Part shown: one piece after another, positions 9,809-19,503 of the stretch | How positions within the stretch are numbered: the stretch's first letter is position 1 | Layout of the letters: every line of letters starts with the position of its first letter | Source of the DNA: Pseudomonadota bacterium | GTDB lineage: Bacteria > Pseudomonadota > Gammaproteobacteria > JAKAQQ01 | Reading direction: 5' to 3' | Assembly (NCBI GenBank): GCA_021798115.1 | Contig: JAJZYM010000009.1 | Span: 1 to 57,721, forward strand | Length of the DNA: 57,721 nt | Notes under the pieces: model-generated | What the model was told of the DNA's origin: nothing | Database searches by the model: none | Seen by the model: only the letters and a program-made list of their open reading frames with translations | Translations under genes and position numbers: made by a program

Positions 9809-10953
9809 ACGCGGCGGTCGTGCGCAGGATGGACCTTGGGGACCTCGACCCCTGGGTCGTCGGTCTCGGCCTCGTCCTTCTCGCCTTCGGTCTTGTGATG
9901 GTGGCCTCGGCGTCGGTTTACGTCTCGGCCCAGATCGACGGCTCTCCGTGGGCGATCGCGCTTCGGCAGGCGCTGTTCGCGCTGGTTGGGCTCGGGGCGG
10001 CCGCCTGCATCCTGGCCGTTCCGCTCCATGTCTGGGAGCGGTTGTCTTTTCTCGCTCTTCTCGGAGCGGTCGTGCTCCTTGCCGCGGTGCTCGTCCCGCA
10101 CATCGGAACCCGGGTCTATGGCAGTGCGCGTTGGATTCGGTTGGGCCCCCTCGAGCTTCAGGCCTCGGACCCGGCGCTCGTCCTCTACGGTCTCTATCTG
10201 TCCGGCTACGCCGTGCGCCGCAACGAGGCCATCCGAGCCGGCTGGGCGGGGCTTCTTCCGCCTCTCATCGTCGCCGCGGTGCTCGCCGTCCTCATGCTGC
10301 TCGAGCCCGATTACGGGGGCACGGCGGTCCTCGTGGCCCTCACCGGGGCCGTCCTTCTCGTGGCCGGCGCGCGCTGGCGGGATCTTGTGATCCTGGGCGT
10401 TGTGCTCCTGGTTTTCTTTCTTCTCCTCGCCGTCTCGGCCCCCTACCGGGTCGCGCGTCTGGTGGCGTTTCTTCACCCGTGGAAAAACGCCCTCGGCAGC
10501 GGATTCCAGCTCGTCGAGTCCCTCATGGCCATCGGCCACGGGGGCTGGTGGGGCGTGGGCCTCGGGCGCAGTGTGGCCAAGATGTTCTATCTGCCCGAGC
10601 CGGAGAGCGACTTCATTTTCTCGGTCATCGGCGAGGAGTTGGGTGGCTTCGGGATGCTCGCCCTGATCGCACTTTACGCCGCGCTCGTCGCCCGCTCGGG
10701 GTGGATCGCGCTTCGGTCGTTTGCCGCAGGTCGCGACTACGCCGGGTACCTCACGGTCGCCATGGCCTCCTGGTTCGGCTGCGACGCCTTCATCAACATG
10801 GGGGTGAGCCTGGGAGCCCTTCCGACCAAAGGCCTCACGCTCCCCTTGGTGAGTGCCGGAGGCTCGGGTTTGGTGACGATGCTGGTGGCCCTGGCCCTCG
10901 TGCTCCGCGCCGCGCTCGAGAGCTCCGGCCCGCGGCGGGAGGCTCGGCCGTGA
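9805..10953 (+). CDS. ftsW: Peptidoglycan polymerase FtsW (divergent)
   Basis: Polytopic SEDS protein with GSARWI, EPDYG, YLPE..SDFIFSVIGEELG and LPTKGLTLPLVS. Confidence 0.93.
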   Translation: MNAAVVRRMDLGDLDPWVVGLGLVLLAFGLVMVASASVYVSAQIDGSPWAIALRQALFALVGLGAAACILAVPLHVWERLSFLALLGAVVLLAAVLVPHIGTRVYGSARWIRLGPLELQASDPALVLYGLYLSGYAVRRNEAIRAGWAGLLPPLIVAAVLAVLMLLEPDYGGTAVLVALTGAVLLVAGARWRDLVILGVVLLVFFLLLAVSAPYRVARLVAFLHPWKNALGSGFQLVESLMAIGHGGWWGVGLGRSVAKMFYLPEPESDFIFSVIGEELGGFGMLALIALYAALVARSGWIALRSFAAGRDYAGYLTVAMASWFGCDAFINMGVSLGALPTKGLTLPLVSAGGSGLVTMLVALALVLRAALESSGPRREARP

Positions 10954-12050
10954 ACCGCCCGTTCCGCGTCGTCGTGGCCGCCGGCGGAACGGGGGGGCAT
11001 GTCGTCCCCGCGCTTGCGTTCGCCGAGGCTCTCGCGCGGGCAGGGGGGCAAGTGCGCTGGGTGGGCGGGCGCCGCGGGGTCGAGACGCGGCTTGTCCCTC
11101 AGGCGGGCTGGCCGCTTCTTGCTCTCGATCTCCGTCCGTGGCGCGGGCGCTGGTACCGCCCTTTCGTCTTCGTTCCTCTTCTCCTGGCGGGGCTCTTCCC
11201 CTTGGGCCGTTTCTTCCGCCGCGAGCGGCCCTGCGCCGTCGTGGCCTTCGGCGGTTACGCCAGCGCCGCCGCGGCCCTGGCCGCGGTTCTCACCCGCCGT
11301 CCCCTCGTCCTGCACGAGCAGAATCTCGTCCCGGGCTGGACGAGCCGCCTCTTCGCGCCCCACGCGCGTCTTCTCTTCGTGACGGATGCGGGGGTTCTTG
11401 GACCGCGCGCCCGCCCGGTCGGGCTTCCGGTCCGCTCCGCCTTCTTCGCGCTGCCCGCCCCCGGGGAGCGCTTCGCGCAACGCACGGGCGCGCTCTCGCT
11501 CCTCGTCCTCGGCGGCAGCCAGGGTGCACGGGCCCTCAACCGCCTCGTGCCCGAGGCGCTGGCTCGTCTTTCCTCGACGTTGGACCTCCGCGTCGTGCAC
11601 CAGACGGGGCCGACCGATCTCGAAGAGACACGCGCGGGCTACGCCCGGGCCGGGATCGCGGCCGAGTTGGCTCCGTTCCTGGACGACATGCCGGCGCGCT
11701 ACGCGGCCGCCGATCTCGCCGTCTGCCGCGCCGGGGCCTCGACGCTTGCGGAGCTCGCCGCCGTCGGTCTCGGAGCGGTGCTCGTTCCCTACCCGCACGC
11801 GGTCGACGATCACCAGCGGGCCAACGCCCTCCGCCACGCCGAGGGAGGCGCCGCCTTGGTCCTCGACGAACACGGACTCGACGCCGCCCGTTTGGCGGCG
11901 GCGCTCGCTCCGCTTCTCGCCAACCGCTCGCGGCTCCTGGCGATGGCCGAGAGCGCCCGCGCCCGCGCGCGCCCCGAAGCCGCGGCGCGGATGGCGCGTG
12001 ATGTCCTCAGTCTCTGCCGCCCGTCGGCGGCCGGGGAGGGCGGGCCGTGA
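10950..12050 (+). CDS. murG: Lipid I N-acetylglucosaminyltransferase
   Basis: GGTGGH, FGGY, HEQN, LGGSQGA, CRAGASTLAE, DDHQRANA. Confidence 0.96.
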   Translation: MNRPFRVVVAAGGTGGHVVPALAFAEALARAGGQVRWVGGRRGVETRLVPQAGWPLLALDLRPWRGRWYRPFVFVPLLLAGLFPLGRFFRRERPCAVVAFGGYASAAAALAAVLTRRPLVLHEQNLVPGWTSRLFAPHARLLFVTDAGVLGPRARPVGLPVRSAFFALPAPGERFAQRTGALSLLVLGGSQGARALNRLVPEALARLSSTLDLRVVHQTGPTDLEETRAGYARAGIAAELAPFLDDMPARYAAADLAVCRAGASTLAELAAVGLGAVLVPYPHAVDDHQRANALRHAEGGAALVLDEHGLDAARLAAALAPLLANRSRLLAMAESARARARPEAAARMARDVLSLCRPSAAGEGGP

Positions 12051-13453
12051 ACGAACTCACCCGGATGGGGGCGATCCGCACCGTCCATTTCATCGGCATC
12101 GGCGGGGTCGGCATGAGCGGCATCGCCGAGGTGCTGCTCAATCTCGGCTACCGCATCCAGGGTTCGGATCTTCAGGTGAGCGAGACGACCGCGCGCCTGG
12201 CGTCCCTCGGGGCCCGTGTTCTCCACGGGCATCGTTCCGAACACGTCGAGGGCGCCGACGTGGTGGTCGTCTCGAGCGCGGTGGGCGAGGACAACGTTGA
12301 GCTCCAGGAGGCCCGCGCCCGCCGCATTCCGGTCGTCCGCCGCGCGGAGATGCTCGCCGAGCTCATGCGTTTTCGCTACGGGATTGCCGTGGCCGGATCG
12401 CACGGCAAGACGACGACCACGGCGCTCATCGCCAGCATGCTCGTCGAGGCCCACGAGGATCCGACGTTCGTCATCGGAGGCCGTCTCAACAGCGCCGCGA
12501 CCAACGCCCGTCTCGGCGGGGGGCGCTATCTCGTGGCGGAAGCCGACGAGAGCGACGGAACCTTTCTTCTCTATCAGCCCCTGCTTGCGGTCGTGACCAA
12601 CGTCGACCGTGATCACCTGGGCGCGTACGAGGGCGATTTCGCCAATCTCGTTCAGGCGTTCTGGGAGTTCATCCATCATCTTCCTTTCTACGGCACGGCG
12701 GTGCTGTGCCTCGACGACCCGATCCTCGCCTCGTTCCTGCCGCGTCTCGGCCGGCCGGTCGTGACCTATGGATGCGACGAACGGGCCGACATCCGCGCCC
12801 GCGCCATCCGCTTCGAGGGTCTGCGCAGCCACTTCGAGCTCGTCCGCCGACGGCGCCCCGGGTCGGTCGAGGTGACGCTCAACCTGATCGGCTTCCACAA
12901 CGTTCTCAACGCGCTCGCGGCCGTTGCGGTTGCCGATCTCCTCGGACTCGATGACGCGGCGTTCCTGGGCGCGTTCGCCCGCTTTCAGGGCACCGGACGG
13001 CGTTTTCAGATCCACGGGGAGACCGTGGTGGGTGGGCGGCGGGTGACGGTCGTCGAGGATTACGCCCATCACCCCCGCGAGATCGAGGCGACGCTTGCCG
13101 CGGCCCGCCAGGCCTGGCCCGGACGACGGGTGGTCGTCGTGTTCCAGCCGCACCGTTACAGCCGCACGAGGGATCTCCTCGACGCCTTCGCCGACGCGCT
13201 CGGGGCGGCGGATGTTCTCCTGCTCACCGAGGTCTACCCGGGGGGAGAGCGGCCGCTTCCCGGGGTGAACGGAGGGGCTCTCGCGGCGGCCGTCGAGGCC
13301 CGCGGCCGGGTGAGCCCGCTCTACGCGCCGGATCTCGAGCGCCTGGCCGAGAGCCTCGCCACCACCGTCGAGGACGACGACGTCGTCCTCGTCCTCGGTG
13401 CGGGCGATATCGGACGGTTGCCCGCCCGCCTCAAGGCCGGAGAGGCCGCATGA
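12047..13453 (+). CDS. murC: UDP-MurNAc-L-alanine ligase
   Basis: IGIGGVGMSG, GSHGKTTTT, EADESDG, DYAHHP, FQPHRYSRT. Confidence 0.97.
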   Translation: MNELTRMGAIRTVHFIGIGGVGMSGIAEVLLNLGYRIQGSDLQVSETTARLASLGARVLHGHRSEHVEGADVVVVSSAVGEDNVELQEARARRIPVVRRAEMLAELMRFRYGIAVAGSHGKTTTTALIASMLVEAHEDPTFVIGGRLNSAATNARLGGGRYLVAEADESDGTFLLYQPLLAVVTNVDRDHLGAYEGDFANLVQAFWEFIHHLPFYGTAVLCLDDPILASFLPRLGRPVVTYGCDERADIRARAIRFEGLRSHFELVRRRRPGSVEVTLNLIGFHNVLNALAAVAVADLLGLDDAAFLGAFARFQGTGRRFQIHGETVVGGRRVTVVEDYAHHPREIEATLAAARQAWPGRRVVVVFQPHRYSRTRDLLDAFADALGAADVLLLTEVYPGGERPLPGVNGGALAAAVEARGRVSPLYAPDLERLAESLATTVEDDDVVLVLGAGDIGRLPARLKAGEAA

Positions 13454-14331
13454 ACACCCGCTGGCGGCACGACGTTTCTCTCGCGCCCCACACCGCGTGG
13501 CGGGTGGGTGGCGTGGCCCGTCGCCTGTGCACGGTCCGGACGCGTGAGGAATTCCTCGCGGCCCTGGCCGATCTCGCCCCTGAGGAGCCTCTTCTCGTCC
13601 TGGGTCTCGGGAGCAACCTTCTCGTGCGCGACGGGGGCTTTGGCGGAGCGGTGATCGTGACCCGCGGCATGAAAGCCCTGGCCCGTGAGGGCACGAAGGT
13701 GACGGCCGAGGCCGGTGTGCCTTGCCCGAGCCTCGCCCGCCGTCTCGTTCCGTGGGGCCTCGCCGGTGGGGAATTCCTCGCCGGGATTCCGGGGACTGTC
13801 GGCGGGGCGTTGCGCATGAACGCGGGTTGCTTTGGCTCCGAGACCTGGGCCTGGGTCGAGGAGGTCGAGACGGTCGACCGCTCGGGCACGCTCCGTCGTC
13901 GCCGGGCCGCCGAGGTGGCGACCGGTTACCGAAGCGTGGGCGTTGACGAGAGCGAATACTTCCTCGGCGCAAACTTCGTCTTCGACCGCGGCCCGAGCGA
14001 GGCCGTGCGGGCGCGGCTCGAGACGTTCCTCGCCCGCCGCCGGGAAAGCCAGCCGCTCACGGAACCCAACGCCGGATCCGTGTTCTTGAATCCCCCGGGG
14101 GACCACGCCGGCCGCCTGATCGAGGAGGCCGGGCTCAAGGGCCGCGCCGTGGGTGGCGCGCGGGTCTCGGAGCGTCACGCGAACTTCATCGTCACCCGCC
14201 GCGGTGCCCGGGCGCAGGATGTCGAGGATCTCATCCGACTCGTTCAGGAGACGGTGTTTGCCCGAAGCGGTGTGCGTCTTGTGACCGAAGTCCGCATGGT
14301 CGGGGAGGGGCTCTGCCGTGCCGTCGCCTGA
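13450..14331 (+). CDS. murB: UDP-N-acetylenolpyruvoylglucosamine reductase
   Basis: GLGSNLL, GIPGTVGGALRMNAG, SQP..P.AGSVF.NP, HANFI. Confidence 0.96.
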   Translation: MNTRWRHDVSLAPHTAWRVGGVARRLCTVRTREEFLAALADLAPEEPLLVLGLGSNLLVRDGGFGGAVIVTRGMKALAREGTKVTAEAGVPCPSLARRLVPWGLAGGEFLAGIPGTVGGALRMNAGCFGSETWAWVEEVETVDRSGTLRRRRAAEVATGYRSVGVDESEYFLGANFVFDRGPSEAVRARLETFLARRRESQPLTEPNAGSVFLNPPGDHAGRLIEEAGLKGRAVGGARVSERHANFIVTRRGARAQDVEDLIRLVQETVFARSGVRLVTEVRMVGEGLCRAVA

Positions 14332-15256
14332 GCGTTCTCACGACCTCCGCGTGGCGGTCCTCGCGGGAGGCTCTTCCGGCGAACGGGCCGTCTCGCTCGA
14401 GGGCGGGGCGGCGGTCGCCCGGGCGCTCGCCGAGAGCGGATGCACGACGGTGCTCCTCGACCCCGCCGCGCCCGATTTCGTCGCCCGCCTCCTCGAGGCC
14501 CGGGTGCGGGTGGTGTTCGTGCTCGTCCACGGGCGCGGCGGCGAGGACGGTTCGCTTCAGGGCCTTCTCGAGTTCCTCGGTCTTCCCTACACCGGCTGTG
14601 GGGTTCTCGCAAGCGCGCTCGGCTTCGACAAGATGCGCAGCAAGTGGATCTGGAACGCCCACGCCCTTCCCGTCCCGGCCGGCGTCGCTCTCGTCCGCGG
14701 CGAGCCTCTGCCGCGTCCGGAGGCTCTCCGCGGGCCCTGGTGCGTGAAACCCGCGGCCGAGGGCTCGAGCCTGGGCGTGAGCCGGGTCGACGCGCCCGAG
14801 GATCTTCCGGAAGCGCTCGAACGGGCTTGGGGTTTCGGCCCCGTGGCCCTGGTCGAGGAATGGCTCGAGGGGGAAGAACTCACCGTGAGTCTCCTCGGGG
14901 ACCGCGCGCTTCCGGCGGTACGCATCCGCCCCCGCCGCCCGTTCTACGACTACGTCGCCAAGTACGAAGACGCGGGGACCGAATATTTCTGCCCGGCGGG
15001 TCTCGGCGCCGCCCTCGAGAAGGAACTGGGCACCTTGGCCCGGCGGGCGTCGGCCCTCTTGGGCGGGCGCGGCTGGGGACGTGTCGACTTCCGGCTCGAT
15101 CGCGACGGCCGGCCGCGCCTTCTCGAGCTCAACACCGTTCCCGGCATGACCACCCACAGCCTCTTCCCGATGGCGGCCAGGGCGGCGGGGCTGGATTTCA
15201 CCGGGCTGTGCCGTGCCGTGCTCGATGAGGCGCTCGCGAGGGACGCCGGTGATTGA
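14318..15256 (+). CDS. ddl: D-alanine--D-alanine ligase
   Basis: GGSSGERAVSL, HGRGGEDG, KP..EGSSLG, YDYVAKY, ELNTVPGMT. Confidence 0.96.
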   Translation: MPSPERSHDLRVAVLAGGSSGERAVSLEGGAAVARALAESGCTTVLLDPAAPDFVARLLEARVRVVFVLVHGRGGEDGSLQGLLEFLGLPYTGCGVLASALGFDKMRSKWIWNAHALPVPAGVALVRGEPLPRPEALRGPWCVKPAAEGSSLGVSRVDAPEDLPEALERAWGFGPVALVEEWLEGEELTVSLLGDRALPAVRIRPRRPFYDYVAKYEDAGTEYFCPAGLGAALEKELGTLARRASALLGGRGWGRVDFRLDRDGRPRLLELNTVPGMTTHSLFPMAARAAGLDFTGLCRAVLDEALARDAGD

Positions 15257-15950
15257 TGCCGCCCGCGCCCACCGGTGGATCCCGGCCGTCCTCACCCTCC
15301 TCGCCGCCGGGGCGGGTGCGGGCGTTCTCCTTCTTCCGCGTGTGCACCGCGTCGTTCTCCGCAACGTGCCGGCGGAGATCCCCCGGGCGGATCTCGTCGC
15401 GCTCCTTCACCGCGACCTCGGGCGCCCGTGGTTCCTTGTCGACCTCGAGCGTATCCGCCGCCGCCTCAAGCGCATCCCCTGGGTGGCGCGGGTGAGCGTC
15501 CGCCGCCGCTGGCCCGGAACCCTCGTCGTGCGCCTGCGCGTACGCGTGGCCGTCGCCCGCTGGAACGGGGTCGGACTGCTCGACCGCCGCGGACGCCTCT
15601 TCGCACTCGACCGGGGGGGGCTCGGGCGTGCGCTTCCTTCTCTTTCCGGGCCGCCGGGCAGTGTCGGACTCGTTTTTGCCGAGTTCCGCGGCTGGTGGCC
15701 TCTACTCCGACATGCGCGCCTTGCGCCCGGGGCTCTCGCCATGGACCGACGCGGCGGGGTGGTGCTGCGCCTTCGCCACGGCCCCACGCTCCGCCTCGGG
15801 GCCCGCGACCGTCGCGCCCGTCTCCTTCGTTTTCTGACGGCCGCGCTTCCCGTGCTCCGTCCGCGCTGGGCGCGGGTGCGCTATGTCGATCTGCGTTATC
15901 CGAGCGGCTTCGCCGTCGGCTGGCGCACCGCCGCGAGGACAGCCTCATGA
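15249..15950 (+). CDS. ftsQ: Cell division protein FtsQ
   Basis: TM helix, POTRA L..IPWV..VSVRRRWP, VARW and C-terminal YVDLRY..GFAVGW. Confidence 0.92.
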   Translation: MIDAARAHRWIPAVLTLLAAGAGAGVLLLPRVHRVVLRNVPAEIPRADLVALLHRDLGRPWFLVDLERIRRRLKRIPWVARVSVRRRWPGTLVVRLRVRVAVARWNGVGLLDRRGRLFALDRGGLGRALPSLSGPPGSVGLVFAEFRGWWPLLRHARLAPGALAMDRRGGVVLRLRHGPTLRLGARDRRARLLRFLTAALPVLRPRWARVRYVDLRYPSGFAVGWRTAARTAS

Positions 15951-17197
15951 AACACACGCGGGACAAAAACCTGATCGCCGGCCTCGACGTCGGCACCTCG
16001 AAGGTGCTGGTCGTGGTCGGCGAGAGGCACGAGGATGGGAGGGTTGAAATCATCGCCAGCGGAGCGCATCCCGCCCGCGGGCTCAAGCGGGGGATCGTCG
16101 TCGACATCGAAACGACGGCCCATTCGATCCAGCACGCGATCGAGGCCGCCGAGCTCATGGTCGGGGCCCCTCTGCACAAGGTGCACGTCGGCATCGCCGG
16201 CGCCCACATCCGCGGCATCAACTCGCACGGGAATGTGGCCATTCACCACAGCGAGGTGAGTGCGCGCGACGTCGACCGTGTGCTCGACGCCGCCCGCGCC
16301 GTGGCCATTCCCACCGACCAGCAGGTACTGCACGTGTTCGAGCAGGAGTTCATCCTCGACCGGCAGGACGGAATCCGCGACCCCGTCGGGATGACGGGCG
16401 TGCGTCTCGACGCGCGTGTCCACATCGTGACCGCCGCTGTGCCCGCCGTGCAGTGTCTCGAAAAATGCGCCGAACACAGCGGCCTGGAGGTCGAGGGGCT
16501 CGTCCTGGAACAGTACGCCTCGGCCCTCGCGGTGCTGAGCGACGACGATCTCGACCGCGGGGTCTGTCTCCTCGACATCGGCGCCGGATCGGCCGACCTC
16601 GCCGTCTTCCGTAAGGGGGCCATCCAGCACACCCGTTCTTTCGAGACCGTCTCGGGCGACGTCGTGACCAACCACCTGGCGCTCTGGCTGCGGACGTCCT
16701 CCTTTCACGCCGAGGAACTCAAGATTCGCCACGGCGCGGCACTCGTCGAGATCGTTCCGGCCCCGGAGACGGTGGAGGTCCCGAGCGGGGGCGGTCGGGC
16801 CGCGAGCAAGCTCTCGCGCCAGAATCTGGCCGCCGAAATCCGCCGCTGCTACGAGTATTTCTTCGAGCTCGTCGCCACCGAACTCCACGAGTCGGGCTGG
16901 GACGAGGCCCTCGGCGCCGGGTTCGTCCTGACCGGCGGCGGGGCGAAGATGCCCGGTGCCATCGAGCTCGCGGAGGAATTTTTCCACGCGCCGGTGCGCC
17001 TCGGTCTTCCCACCGGACTCGACGGCCCGAGCGAGGTGATCACGAACCCCGCCTACGCCACCGGTGCCGGCCTCGTCGCCTACGCCGCGCAGGAGACGGC
17101 CACCGTGCGTTCCCCGTGGTACGCCCGGCGGCGAACCCCGGCGGCGGACGTCCCCCTTTGGAACCGCCTCCGCGGCTGGTTTGCGGGGCATTTCTGA
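15947..17197 (+). CDS. ftsA: Cell division protein FtsA
   Basis: GLDVGTSKV, GLKRG.VVDI, DIGAG, VLTGGGA and a C-terminal amphipathic helix. Confidence 0.95.
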   Translation: MKHTRDKNLIAGLDVGTSKVLVVVGERHEDGRVEIIASGAHPARGLKRGIVVDIETTAHSIQHAIEAAELMVGAPLHKVHVGIAGAHIRGINSHGNVAIHHSEVSARDVDRVLDAARAVAIPTDQQVLHVFEQEFILDRQDGIRDPVGMTGVRLDARVHIVTAAVPAVQCLEKCAEHSGLEVEGLVLEQYASALAVLSDDDLDRGVCLLDIGAGSADLAVFRKGAIQHTRSFETVSGDVVTNHLALWLRTSSFHAEELKIRHGAALVEIVPAPETVEVPSGGGRAASKLSRQNLAAEIRRCYEYFFELVATELHESGWDEALGAGFVLTGGGAKMPGAIELAEEFFHAPVRLGLPTGLDGPSEVITNPAYATGAGLVAYAAQETATVRSPWYARRRTPAADVPLWNRLRGWFAGHF

Positions 17198-17258
17198 TGC
17201 CGCGCGCGATGTCTTCCCCACCCCTCCCCCTTGTCCTGTTCCCCAGAGGAGGCGCATC

Positions 17259-18461
17259 ATGAGCACCTACCAACTCGTCGAAGAACCCGCCCGCAACGCC
17301 GTCATCAAGGTGATCGGCGTCGGCGGCGGCGGCGGCAACGCCGTCGCCCACATGCAAGCCACCGGCGTCGAGGGCGTCGAGCTCGTGGCCGTCAACACGG
17401 ACCTGCAGGCTCTGCGGGCCACCGGGATCCGCACGGCCGTGCAGATCGGGGCGTCTCTCACCCGCGGACTCGGCGCGGGATCCGATCCGGAGGTTGGGCG
17501 GCAGGCTGCGCTCGAGGACCGCGAGCGGCTCGAGGATCTCGTGCACGGGGCCGATATGGTCTTCATCACCGCGGGGATGGGCGGCGGGACCGGTACCGGA
17601 GCGAGCGCGGTCGTCGCCCAGCTGGCGCGCGAGGCGGGGGCCCTGGTGGTGGCGGTCGTCACCCGGCCCTTCCAGCTCGAGGGGAGGCGGCGCCTCGAGG
17701 CGGCCGAGCGCGGTCTCGAAGTGCTCGGACAGCAGTGCGATTCACTGATCGTCGTTCCCAACGAAAAACTCTTCGCCGTGCTCGGCCCGGACAGCACGCT
17801 CGACGAGGCGTTCGAGACCGCGAACGGTGTCCTCGTCGGTGCCGTCCGCGGTATCGCGGACCTCATCACCCGCCCCGGACGCATCAATCTCGACTTTGCC
17901 GACGTGCGCGCGGTCATGAGCCAGAACGGCACCGCGGTCATGGGCAGCGGGCTTGCCGACGGGCCGGACCGCGCGGCGGTGGCCACGCGGCAGGCGATCG
18001 AAAGCCCGCTCCTCGAGAATGTGACCCTCAAGGGAGCCCGCGGCATGCTCGTCAACATCGGATGCGGAACGAGCCCAACTCTCGCCGAGATCAGCGAGAT
18101 CGGGCGCATGATCGGCGAGGTGGCTGCCGACGACGCGATGGTCAAACTCGGCACCCACCACGACCCCGAGCTCGGGATGCAGCTTCGGGTCACGGTCGTC
18201 GCGACCGGGCTCGGCGGGGCCCGCCCGCCGACGGGGGCGTCCCCGCGGGCGGTTCCCGAACCCGCGCCCGCGTCGCGACCCAAGCCGCTCGGGGTCCGTG
18301 CCGCCCCGCCGCAGCCGCCGCCGCTGTTTCCGGGGTTTGAGCCTCCCGCCGTCGCCTCGCCGCGCCGCCGTGTGGAGCCGCCGAGCCCTCCGGTCCTCGG
18401 GGACGAGGCTCGGGTGGACAGTCCCGATCTTCCGGCCTTCCTCCGCCGTCAGGCGGACTAG
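17259..18461 (+). CDS. ftsZ: Cell division protein FtsZ
   Basis: IKVIGVGGGGGNA, GMGGGTGTG, INLDFADV and DLPAFLRRQAD tail; GAGGAGG RBS. Confidence 0.98.
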   Translation: MSTYQLVEEPARNAVIKVIGVGGGGGNAVAHMQATGVEGVELVAVNTDLQALRATGIRTAVQIGASLTRGLGAGSDPEVGRQAALEDRERLEDLVHGADMVFITAGMGGGTGTGASAVVAQLAREAGALVVAVVTRPFQLEGRRRLEAAERGLEVLGQQCDSLIVVPNEKLFAVLGPDSTLDEAFETANGVLVGAVRGIADLITRPGRINLDFADVRAVMSQNGTAVMGSGLADGPDRAAVATRQAIESPLLENVTLKGARGMLVNIGCGTSPTLAEISEIGRMIGEVAADDAMVKLGTHHDPELGMQLRVTVVATGLGGARPPTGASPRAVPEPAPASRPKPLGVRAAPPQPPPLFPGFEPPAVASPRRRVEPPSPPVLGDEARVDSPDLPAFLRRQAD

Positions 18462-18563
18462 GCGGCGAGGGCGTTGGCCGCCCGCGTTTTGCCGGGAGAT
18501 CATGCTAGAATGACCGGCCACGGCCTCCGGCTTTGGTCCGCCGACGGCGTGTGAGGAAACGAC

Positions 18564-19475
18564 GTGCTTCAACAACGGACGCTGCGCCACAGCATCAACG
18601 CCACCGGCATCGGCCTCCACACGGGGGTCAAAGTGCACATGCAGCTCCGACCCGCGGCCCCCGACACGGGCATCGTGTTCCGGCGTACGGATCTTCCCGA
18701 ACCGGTGGAGATCCCGGCCCGGGCGGACAACGTCAGCGAGACCACGCTCTGCACGGCCCTCGGCCGCGACGGCGTGCAGATCGCAACCGTCGAGCACCTC
18801 ATGGCCGCCTTTGCGGGGCTCGGGATCGACAACGCCTACGTCGATCTGAGCGCCGGTGAAGTCCCCATCATGGACGGCAGTTCCGGACCTTTCGTGTTTC
18901 TCATCCAGTCCGCCGGCATCGCCGAACAGGGTGTCGCCAAGCGTTTCGTGCGGGTGCTCGAGCCGATCGAGATTCGCCAGGGCGACCGCCGTGTCCGTCT
19001 GGCGCCCTACGAGGGCTTCCGGGTCGAAGTCGAGATCGATTTCGAACACCCCGTCTTCCGGCGTCACAGCCGGCGGGCCGCGGCCGATTTCTCGACGACG
19101 GCCTTCGTGCGTGAGATCGGCCGTGCCCGCACGTTCGGATTTCTCAAGGATATCGAGGCGCTGCGTCAGCGCGGTCTCACCCTCGGGGCGTCGCTCGAAA
19201 ATTCGATCGCCATCGACGACTACCGGATTCTCAACGAAGACGGACTGCGCTATGAGGACGAGTTCGTGCGGCACAAAATGCTCGACGCCATCGGCGATCT
19301 CTATCTTCTCGGTCGCCCCCTCATTGGGGTCTACGAGGGTTACAAGTGCGGGCACGCCGTCAACAACGCCCTCGTGCGCGCGCTTCTCGAACGGCGCTCG
19401 GCCTGGGAAGAAGTGAGCTACGAGGACCCGCGCCTCGCCCCCGTCTCGTACATCGGAGCTCCGGTCTCCGCCTGA
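18564..19475 (+). CDS. lpxC: UDP-3-O-acyl-GlcNAc deacetylase
   Basis: [38 protein letters not shown]. Confidence 0.97.
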   Translation: MLQQRTLRHSINATGIGLHTGVKVHMQLRPAAPDTGIVFRRTDLPEPVEIPARADNVSETTLCTALGRDGVQIATVEHLMAAFAGLGIDNAYVDLSAGEVPIMDGSSGPFVFLIQSAGIAEQGVAKRFVRVLEPIEIRQGDRRVRLAPYEGFRVEVEIDFEHPVFRRHSRRAAADFSTTAFVREIGRARTFGFLKDIEALRQRGLTLGASLENSIAIDDYRILNEDGLRYEDEFVRHKMLDAIGDLYLLGRPLIGVYEGYKCGHAVNNALVRALLERRSAWEEVSYEDPRLAPVSYIGAPVSA

Positions 19476-19503
19476 ATCCCGTTCCGGGAGAGGCCGCCCC
19501 GCC

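Noticed and set aside
7496-12050. 770-aa and 1006-aa ORFs suggesting murD or murG fusions
   Set aside because: The N-terminal extensions are off-frame reads through mraY, murD and ftsW. The true starts are the GTGA overlaps at 8444 and 10950.
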